The notes below the pieces were generated by a model. That model searched no databases. It saw only the letters and a list, made by a program, of their open reading frames with translations, and was not told where the DNA came from. Positions 54,246 to 64,000 of a stretch of DNA of 64,000 bases are shown here, piece by piece; within the stretch, counting starts at the first letter, position 1; every line of letters starts with the position of its first letter. Source of the DNA: Utricularia gibba (taxonomy: Eukaryota > Plantae > Magnoliophyta); contig NEEC01000002.1 of assembly GCA_002189035.1 (NCBI GenBank), forward strand, positions 558,001 to 622,000, read 5' to 3'. Position numbers and translations under genes: made by a program.

Positions 54246-55489
54246 ATGGCCGCGGGTGTGACGGTTGAACGGTTATCATCCTTTTTCGAATTTGGAGTAC
54301 TTCGTCTGGAAGAGGCGAATGCTTTCTTTGTGGATCCTGTTCGAATCTTGAGCAGGTCATATAGGAGGTTTAGGATTTCTCCTGGTTCTTACTATTCCCG
54401 CTTCTTCTCCGAATCGAAATTGCCCGACGAAAGTGTGGCGGATGCTCCAAAAGTCAAGGGGAAGCGAAAGCGTGGAAGGGAGGGAAAGAGAGAGCGAATT
54501 CTCAATTCCCGCGAGAAAATGGCTGAACGACGTCATCAAGAGGTGAGACTGGCAATGTTGAAGGCTCATAAAGCGTTCCTTGATGCGAATCATGATTTTG
54601 GTATTTTGCGGAAAATGATGAATAGTGAAGAATCAGCATCTTCGCAGTGTAGTTGTCTTGATTTAGTAGAGTTAGGGAGTACCACACAAGCTCCATTCTT
54701 TGAGGTTATTCTTAAGGTTCCTGAAGAGGTTTCGGATTCAGGTTTCGATTCGTGTAATTGCAAACAAGAAGTTGTTCCTATATTTGGAAATCTTGTTGCC
54801 AATGAATGCTGCATTGACATAGAAGCCGAATTCTTGGATCATAAGTACGTGTTGCCAAAGAGGAGTTCTTTTTATATGTCTGATATTCGTGATGTTCACA
54901 ACTTGGTCCCTGCTGAGTCTAATGATGGCTTCAGCCTTATAGTAATTGATCCTCCATGGGAGAACAGCAGCGCATACCAGAAAATGAAGTACTTAACCTT
55001 GCCCAATCGGCATTTTCTGTATCTTCCCGTGAATCAACTGGCTCATACAAATGGAGCCCTGGTGGCCCTATGGGTTACAAACCGGGAAAAACTCCGGTGT
55101 TTCGTCGAGAACGAGCTGTTCCTTAAATGGGGCACTAAGCATGTTGCTACGTTTTACTGGCTGAAGGTGAAACCAGATGGCTCACTGATCAGTGAACTGG
55201 ACCTCTTTCATCACAGACCATATGAGTGTTTACTTCTAGGCTTTTGTCCAGGAAAAGAAGGAAAGTTGGAAGGACTGAATATACCTGATAATCAGATCTT
55301 CATTAGTGTTCCGGGAGAGTATTCAAGGAAACCCCCCATTGGTGAATTGCTCCTTGACTACGTCTCTTGGTGCAAAGGGGCTAGATGCATTGAGCTGTTT
55401 TCCAGAGAGATGAACGGAGGCTGGACTTCTTGGGTAATGAGCCTCTACACTTTCAACACTCCAAATACTTCCTTGGAAACTCCTCTTAG
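54246..55489 (+). CDS. METTL4: MT-A70 family methyltransferase METTL4 (At1g19340-like), intronless; apparent 1-nt frameshift at 55432-55434
   Basis: Continuous ORF with FFVDPVRILSRSYRRF, catalytic IVIDPPWEN, LWVTNREK, HRPYECLLLG, YSRKPP, ELFSRE. Adding one G restores W-G-N-E-P-L-H-F-Q and a stop at 55487-55489; as written the ORF runs to 55538. Confidence 0.92.
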
Positions 55490-55992
55490 CAGCAGTACTT
55501 CATTTAGATTTTTCTGTGCTATTTGTTTCTCCGGATGAAAGGATTGATTACTTTGCTCTATTTCGAAATCTTGAGATATTTGCAGTATCGGAACAGTAAG
55601 CTGATCATGACAAATGCCACCGAGTGGGTTAGGCTTGAGAATGAGAACAAAAATCCAACATTGGTTTGAGACTTTTTCTGCCTAAAAGTACAGACAAGTT
55701 CTTAAGAAGAGAGGGGGAACGACATGGAGGATACAAAATTTGCCAAGAGATAAAGACATGGCTGGAGAATCTTCCTCCATACATTACAGCACATTTTGCT
55801 GTAAGCTCATTAACTCTATACACAGACATAATACATACAACATCTCCCCGATGTCCAAAATTTCGAAGTTCTTCAATGTTGCCGGCTCCTTGTCAGCTTC
55901 GATATTTGAATGTACATGCAGTAATGAAGGATCAGACAGATTACTGGGCCATTTTCAGTACAGTAAGGTTAGTGAACCAGGGAGGCAGCAAC

Positions 55993-58900
55993 TTAATCTG
56001 AGCCGGAAGATGAATCTCCATTACAGCACTCATCACCGACAGAGCTCAGTGAGTTTTCTTGAGCATTTTCCTCCAAGGAGCTTGTTGCAAATTTTCCTGG
56101 TCTTGGTCGAATGTTAGTACCCACTGGGAAAGGAACCTGCCATTCGGCATCATGCCAAGTCAACAACCTAGGTAATGTGCACTTCTTTTCTTGGATCTAT
56201 CCATTCTATGGACTGTATCCTGAGATAAATTTCAATCCCTTAACCACAGCCAAGAGGTTTGTTTGAGGCCATACCTGATCTCCTGCGTTAGGACCATCAG
56301 TATGGAAGAGTATGGGACGGCATCTCTTGTCTTCATTCATCAAGCTTGAATTCTGGAAATGTGCAATCAGTGCGGCTTTTCCCTGTATTCTAGCATACGC
56401 CAAAGATGCCACTTTTTCACTGTTGAACTTCTCCCATTTTTTGCCATTGAATGTCTGGAAAACCGAAAATCACCGTTGGCGCAACAAAAACATAATTGCT
56501 ATGGTGAATAAGAATTTGGTTGATACCTTATGAAATGGCACTATCTGAGAAGCTTCAATCATATTTATGAATGCGTAGCCAACGTTGCATTTATTCTGAA
56601 ACATCAGAATGCAGAACAATGAACATATGGAAACTACTACTTGCAGCCAAAACTGGGTGGTGAAGATTCACAATTTAGCTCTGAAAGAGGACTTACCTTG
56701 AAGTCAATAGGTAAGTATATGAAATCATACGTCCCTTTATGCCGTTCATCTATTGCAGCCAAAAGCATCTTTGAGGTGTACCTAGCAATGGCAACAGCTC
56801 AGCCATGGACACAAGAAATGTAACAGCGGATCAAAATGGTAACCCACTCCCCCATACTTGTTAGGAATGTTCTTTATCATGAGTGTTGTGCGTTTATCTT
56901 CTCCTCGTATGATTCGATCTAGATCAAGCTCAAACTGCTTCTTATTGTCACCTTGGCTCCCTTCACTCTGGCGGTTTCTGCTTCTTTCATTGGGAGAATC
57001 AAGTGAACTCAGCATAGGAAGTGTTTGTCCTCTTCCAGGAAAAAGGATGCACCTTTGTTGATGTGGATTGAATCCAATGCCTTTGGAAGATATGGGCATA
57101 TCCATGCCATTTGCACAAGCACGTGGAAAGGCATTGTGAGGAACAAAGTCCAGCCGATGTGGCGAATTACCAGATGCTCTCATGTTCCCCAGTGAACCTG
57201 GGTGAAACGCTGTGGCATCTGGAGACTCTCCAGCATAAGCACGACGTCGGTCCCAAATTCTCAGGTTAACAGAGGGTGCTGATCCTACATGATGGTTATT
57301 CAGAGGCAGAACAGAGTTCATAATATGCGGAGCTCTATGAACTGCATGCAGTTGTTGTGGAGGAACCGTGCCGACACCATTGACATAAGACGGCGAACTA
57401 GGCCACATAATCCCTTGTGGTTGTGGGTGACATGGGTTATTCCAGATATAACGACGGCCAGGACAGCTTCCACTTGCAGGGGAACCAAAAACTAGACAAA
57501 GGCATTATCTCAGAGAGGAACAGCATTTCAAGAGCCAGAAAAAGCCTCATAAAAACCTCTGAATTACCTTGCAAGTCTAGTGGCTGCCCATTGACGTGAC
57601 AGAACATTTGGCCATCAGCCATGTTGGATGTCTGGTACCTGAAGTTCACAGCTGCATTACCGGGGGATCCAAGATGACCTCCGTTCAGTATGGCATTGTT
57701 GTTATACTCAGGCAGAGAATGAGCATGGAAGTCAGGTGACCCGCGGATCTCAAATTTCAGATGGTTTCGCATATCAATAGAATCAGAAATACCGGTGGCT
57801 TTGCGGGTTCGGTTCTAAGAAGAGATGGCACACTGTTGGATACATAAGATGATACCCCAGGGCGAATCAAATGATCAACATGTAGACCGTTAGAGATGCC
57901 ATTTGAGTGGGAGCCTAAAATTTTTCCATTATCAGATTTAGACATGCTGGTTGTCCCAAGTGAAAGTGGCCCTAGAGTGGAACCAGCACAAGCCAAATCA
58001 AAACTATTGAAATGAGGGCCATCAAGCTCTAGTCAGTGATATGTGAGATTGCTTACCAGTAAAACCAGAGGCAAGATTACTAGATGGAATTTGCTTCTGC
58101 AACATGTTAGCAGGATCTTCCTTCTCCAGTTCCGACAGAAGATTCGTGAATCTGTATGGTTGGCACAGGAAAGTGACGTATTGGGATACAATAGATGGAG
58201 AAAGAAAGAGGACTGAGGCTTATGCACCTTTTAGAGGCATCAGGCCCAGCTGGTTCCACCGTAATCTGCTTGCCAGAAATTTCACTTCCGTTTAAAGCAC
58301 GAAGTGCAGCTTCTGCAGCTCTAGCATCATAAAACTCAATGCATCTCTTGTGAGGCTGAGAAGTCTCAAGAATCTGCGAATTGGAAATTAAAGATTGAAC
58401 GTCCGCTTGGATGTGAACATCATCTTGATATGAGGAATTATATCTCACCTCCTTGACTTCACCATACACTCCAAACACTTTAAGAAGATCATCATTTGAA
58501 ACAGCAGAGTCTAGATTTAAAACTACAAGAGTGCCTTGATTGATGTCTTTCTCTGTCGCATTTTCCTGAAAGGTGTAAAATACATTTCAGAAGGAAGGAA
58601 AACCAATGAAGCCAGTGAGGGACAAACCAAATGAAAGTCACCTTAGGAATCGAGAAATGTATATCAAGCTTTCTACGCCGCAATGGCTTATCCTGGAGAG
58701 CTTTCATTGCATTACATGCTGCTCTTATGTCATAGTAAGAAATCATAACGAAGCCCCTATGCTTGCACGCCGTATACAGGGTACGAATAGCTCCATATTG
58801 CTACAAGAACATGATCAACGATCATTCAGACATGAATGTAGCCGAGAAGACGATATAACACACTCATATCAAAGTACCTCAAAAAGCATAGTAAGTTCTG

Positions 58901-60173
58901 AATCTTCGACATTGCTATTTATATTCCTCACAAAAAGAGTTCTTGACGGATGCTCTCCGAGTGGATGTTCTCCACCACAAGAACCAAGAGAAAAAGCCTG
59001 CTTACAGTTAGAATTCACATCAGAAAGCTCAATGATCCTCTGTGAAAGGTCATTCTCTCCAAGTTCAAGCCCTCCAACGTTGCTAAAAAAATCCAGGTCT
59101 TCTGTTTCTTCACCATAGTTACAACCAGCTATGCTACCAAAACCGTCAGTCACGCCAGAAAACAGCTCATCGTCATCAGGGAGAAGGTCACCGATAGTAT
59201 GAGCCTCAAGTTCTTCAAGTGAATCAAAACATTCATCACGGTGCGAGATAACTGCATCAGTGGTTGAATGATCGACTCCAGCATGATTTGAAGATATCTT
59301 CACTGCGGAGAAGCGAACACAGGATGAATACATATTGATACCACACAAGAGAAGCATATCAGATTATATTGAAAACCATACTTACAGTTTCTGCTGAAGA
59401 CATCAGTCACTGAGCTCGAAAAGAGACCATTTTCATACTGAACAAGTTTTTTATCTAGGCCAGGAAAACATGGCACTGATTCTGTATTTAAACTCTGTCT
59501 AAACTTCAGATCCTGATCAACATCAGTTGGCAAAGAATGGCTGGCCACCCTTTCTGCTCCAACAGCATGCCCCATAAAAGACATGTTACCATTTTGGCCA
59601 TGAAAAACATAAGAGCCGGGATGTCTGAAACCGTTGAGCATCTTTGGATCCATCTGAATTCTATCTGGATATGGCGAAGAAACATTACCCTCCAGCTTCA
59701 TACCTGCGAACAGTTCACACATCTGATGAAGTTCCATACAGCTAAACAATTGGTAAAGATGGGGAAACAGGATCACGAAAAGGGTTGTCTCAGTGCCCGA
59801 AATGAAACAACTCATTCACATGCAAGCACAAGCTTCCCTGAAGGCACCCTTCTCCCATAACTATCAAGAACGCTGATTACCAGAGAAACCGGTCATGTGG
59901 TCCATCTTCCTTGCACCAACTTGCCTCTGAGAAGCAACCAAACAAAAGGTCACATTCAAGTCACATGTCACACACACACACACACAGACACACACACGTA
60001 TGTATACAATACATACATATGCATATATGTTTCATTTCAATTCTGTTGATTACAGGTCACAAGTCCATCAGAATCTAATCGCAACACTTGCTGCTGGGAA
60101 TCAATACCTCGTCTGTGAAACGCACGTCTTCAGAAAACAATGGTGTAGTAGAAAAGCCTTGTGGGTTCGTCAT
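55993..60173 (-). CDS. AML4: MEI2-like RNA-binding protein (AML1/AML4 clade; RRM1, RRM2, C-terminal RRM3); apparent 1-nt frameshift at about 57804-57807
   Basis: 14 exons. [93 protein letters not shown]. Confidence 0.93.
59969..59997. repeat. Interrupted (CA)n microsatellite in MEI2-like intron 1
   Basis: (CA)9 GA (CA)4 C read directly. Confidence 0.9.
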
Positions 60174-62125
60174 TGTGGTAATCTACAGAGCAGATACACG
60201 AAAAAATCTAGCAGAAAAGTTGAAGAAGAGATCCAACGTCTGAGGAAACCTGCAGCGGAGGCCCCAGGATCGATAAATGGGTCCGAGTTAACAGCGAATT
60301 CAGAGAGAAAAGAAGTCAAAAGAAGGAAGGAAAAAATCCCCATTAGAATCACCCGGTAATCTACAATTTTGACTAAGATTGCAGCAACGCAAAAACCCTA
60401 AACTTGCAACATAGAAGTTGCATTTAAGATCTCCAATGGTTCAAAGCATCATAAATAGTCTTGAAAAAGAAAAGGGTCGACTAGACGAGAAGAAAAAAAC
60501 GGCCTTTTTCAGAGATCACCGACTACTGCCCATAGAATTTTGCAAAATGGTGTAATCCCCAGGAAATCCTGACCAAAATCCAGCGTCGGATCACTGGGCG
60601 TAGAATCTTGGACAACCGAAAAAAATGTGCACTTTGGGCAAAACCCATCAAAATTTAGAGAAATACAGAGACCAACTCACCAACAACAAGGTTACATCGC
60701 CACATGCCCAGGTCTTGGAAGGGAAGTAGAGCAAGAACCAAAAAGAAACGATTCACGAGCAACAAGAAGTGGGAACCCCAGAAGATGCTGAAGAAAACTA
60801 GAGAAAGCGAAGGATTGCAAAATGAGGATTTGAAAAACAACAGAAGACGGAATAAATCTTGACAAAAGGCAGGGATGAGGGACCTTGTGGAAGAGATCTA
60901 GCATCGTTGCCGTGTAATTAACCTCCTTCAAATCTTCTCCGATGCCTTTCTCTCTCTCTTCATTTTAGCTTAACTTTTTTTTCCTACATTGCACGTTAAC
61001 AGCATGTATCAACCATTCCCTCCTCTAGCTCCTTCATAAAAACCTTATCCCTCTTCGAATTTCTCGAGCTGGGTATCTCCTCAAGCCATCAGAACAGTTT
61101 CTGGTCAGCCACGGCGGAGATCCTGATCTCCACCGCTTGAAAACCTCTCCAAAATGGAAGAAACAAAAAAAAAAAAAGACGATACCCAACTGGAGAAAAT
61201 AAAGGAAAAGATTGAGAGAGGACAGTTGGGGGAAGCAGAGATTTCAAGAGAAGAAAATTGACAGAAATTGAAGGAAAGGAGAAACAACGGATTTGGACAA
61301 GGAAGGCAGAGATCAAAGATCTGTAATGAAGTGCGGCGATCGTGAAAAAAAAAAAAAAACAAGAAAACAAGATTTCGATCTCAATTTCCGTTTCTTTTAA
61401 TAAATTTAAATTAAACAATCCTCCACATCGGAGCCTCAATCCCCTGCTTCGCAAGTCCACCATAAGAGCTGGGCGCCATCCCAATCCCGATGGAATTCGT
61501 TGCTTTATTCCGTACATTATTTCATTGCATTTATTTTTGTAATTATGAACTACGAGCATTTTAATTACAATATATAATATTTATTATCTTTCTTCACTAC
61601 AAAACCTTATTTAAGTATATTTTTTTATTAAAAATCGAATATAAATTCATTTTAAATAACATTCCTTATAAAATATATTCAATATTTTTCATCCCTATTT
61701 AATTATAAATAAATTAAAATACTCAGTGCAAATTATATTCCACAAACAAAATAAATAGGATTTTCCAAGTAAAAAATATTATATTCCATAAAATGGGATT
61801 TTTTTATTAAAAATCATTAATTAGATGATTTAGAAGGAGAACCCAACTTTATTACATCTTTTTATCAACCAAAACATGTCTTGAATATGCAATTAAAGAA
61901 CCTCATGGTAATTAAATGGTTTAAGAGGTAATTAACTCTGGTAATTAAGCCCATAAGCGTAGGTCAGATCACCATTTTTAAGTAATAAAAAAATGAATAG
62001 ATAATATTATATATTTAATCGCCAGTTGCGACCCAAATATTGATGGCGTGTCACTCTCCATCGCCATGTCTCCATTTTCAATTGCCAACCGTACCTGGGA
62101 TTCCTCCGACTTGTCTGTCAATTTA

Positions 62126-62180
62126 CCGTTTCGCCCCCCCAACCACTAACGGCGTCAGACGGTGGGGTTACGCTTCCGTT
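62126..62180. promoter_or_regulatory. Cluster of three AACGG (MSA-core) motifs in a GC-rich island
   Basis: CCGTT 62126-62130, AACGG 62148-62152, CCGTT 62176-62180. Confidence 0.4.
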
Positions 62181-62360
62181 ACTTGCGCACGCGGCGACGT
62201 CGTTTCGGCAACGCCGAATATAGGCCGTGCCGTGGCTAATTGTTGGATGTGGCCCCACCCACTCCTTGGACATATACATTAATTATAAATATTTTTTGAT
62301 GCATTTAAATAAAAACTATTAAGTACTATTTTTTATTTACAAAATTATTTAATTATTTCG

Positions 62361-62427
62361 TAATTGGGCCGAGGAACGCCTTGCTTGATTTCTTAATTGG
62401 GCCTTTTGTTTCAATCGGCCCGGCCCA
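62361..62427. promoter_or_regulatory. Site II cluster (TAATTGGGCC x2, GGCCCA)
   Basis: 62361-62370, 62394-62403, 62422-62427. Confidence 0.5.
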
Positions 62428-63668
62428 TTGGTAAGCATTTGATTCGAAATCTACGGTCGTTCTCGTACTCGATTTGGGGAGGCTGATGGGTGATACTTCA
62501 AAAATGCCCCCAATCATGGCATTATTTACCAGTCGAACCACCTCGAGAGTGGCCTTTCAACGGGGTCAAATTTGTCCATTAAATCACAAATATTTTAGTT
62601 GTAACAACAAATTGATTTAAATATTATTTTAAAAATCCATGGGTTCCTATCTAATCTAGATACTTTTTAATTAACATATTACTCATATTTTTTAATATTT
62701 GATTAAAATAATTATACTAATCTTTTTCGATACCTCAACCCTATCGAAACTTTAAAATTAAACATGTTCTGATTGAAATATATATCTAAGAAGATGCTTG
62801 ATTGTGAATATCCCACCTTAGTATAGTGCATTCTATGTCCATATTGCTTCCAAAAGAACTTTATTTATACCATGTAAAAAGTTCGTTTATCTTATGTAAA
62901 TTTACGTATCAAATACAAAGATATACGTATTTATCATCTATTTTATATCATTACTACATAGATTTCTTTAGTTTTTCTTCTTCTCTATTATTGTCATTGA
63001 TGGTAAATAAAAATAAAAATTTATAATACATATGTTTTTACTAAATAGAGATAAATATTCAAATTATAAAAAATCATGAATTATTTGTATAAATGTATTT
63101 ATCATAGTTTAAATCGTGATAGAACTATTCGTTCTTTTTTTAAAAAAAGTTTCAATATATTTTTATAAAAAACATTAAATTGTAATTTAATTGAACCGCA
63201 TGTCAACCACTATTGGATTGCAATTGAAACCAATTTTAGTTTTTTATTTTAAAACAATTCGAATCTAATCTAATTTTATACAATTCACAACTTTTAAAAC
63301 ACCTATGTCTACATTCAAACTCACCTATCTCTTTGTAAGACTATGTTCAAGGAAAAATGAAAAATATATTATATTAATTCCATGTTCATACGACCAGAAA
63401 TAAAATGAAATTGAGTAGAATAATAACTCAAATTGAATATTAAATATTTTTTTCTAAATATAATGGAGTTTTTTTTATACAAACCGTAAAATTAGACATC
63501 TAAAATAAAAATAACATAAAATTATAAGAATTGAAAAATCTAAAACCCTAATTAGCAATCGGTTACAATCTCTTTGTTGAGTTTTAAGTGAGTTTCCAGT
63601 GAGAAGATTGGTTTGAGATGAGAGCGCGAGAGCACATCGGCTGCATGACCGACCGACCCTACGCGGAT

Positions 63669-63726
63669 GGGGATGGGGATGGGGGCGTGGTACCCGGGCT
63701 ATGGAGAGCCAACTGGGAGGGGAGGG
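63669..63726 (+). other. G-quadruplex-forming G-tract array
   Basis: GGGG-AT-GGGG-AT-GGGGG, then GGG at 63696, then GGG-A-GGGG-A-GGG at 63715-63726. Confidence 0.6.
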
Positions 63727-64000
63727 TCTGAGGCCGGAAACAGATTCAAATAATATTTAACTGGAAAGGAAAACAAAGATCCGGTGAAGTTGTTTGCCTC
63801 CTCCCTATCGGCTATCTCCCTAGTCAGCCGCCTGGGGGCAGTCAAAGGAGAGATGCCAAGGAGGGAAATCGGAAATTCCGCCAATCAGTTTTGAAGCTGC
63901 TGTTAATTGGGGAAGGGAGATTAATCAGGGATTAAGAGCAATACCAATAGTTAATTAAGGGGGTTCTCACACGATTGGTGGACAACCAGTAGGCCGAGAT

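Noticed and set aside
61421-61520. CTCCACATCG as an snRNA/Pol III USE element
   Set aside because: Two mismatches to TCCCACATCG, no properly spaced TATA box, and no recognisable U snRNA, 7SL, MRP or telomerase RNA downstream.
63840-63860. Resemblance to miR399 (agtcaaaggagagatgccaag) within a roughly 48-nt hairpin
   Set aside because: Five mismatches to recalled miR399, and the hairpin is too short and imperfect for a MIR precursor.

Overview
Gene-dense nuclear DNA of a flowering plant with a compact genome: short GT-AG introns, very AT-rich intergenic spacers, several head-to-head promoters and no recognisable intact transposon. An asterid/Lamiales-like eudicot is my guess; the species cannot be proven from the sequence. 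Manual splicing gives 13 protein-coding genes, left to right: RLCK-V/GPK1-like receptor kinase (-), TPT-family nucleotide-sugar transporter (+), mitochondrial ribosomal protein L3 (-), CIPK1/17 (-), BAR-PH-ArfGAP-ANK protein AGD2/4 (+), VPS13/SHRUBBY (-, about 18.6 kb), LysM protein (+), UPF0664/WBP2-like protein (+), HAK5-like K+ transporter (-), NPF6.1 (-), SEC14/CRAL-TRIO protein (+), METTL4 MT-A70 methyltransferase (+) and MEI2-like RRM protein (-). Most notable observations: (1) seven apparent frameshifts in six genes, each repaired by adding one base, at or next to a G/C run. Long-read consensus error is the leading explanation, but it should be tested against RNA. (2) METTL4 is intronless among otherwise intron-rich genes, suggesting a retrogene. 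(3) The receptor kinase has HRD->HRN (predicted pseudokinase). (4) HAK5 lacks the N-terminal region that carries the CIPK activation site. (5) An orphan promoter-bearing unit at about 47.1-47.9 kb contains a 118-nt foldback, a CxCxCxC micro-ORF and C/D-like boxes. (6) An unexplained 2.3-kb spacer contains a cluster of short direct duplications. No database searches were run; homolog names and Arabidopsis identifiers come from recalled protein sequences.
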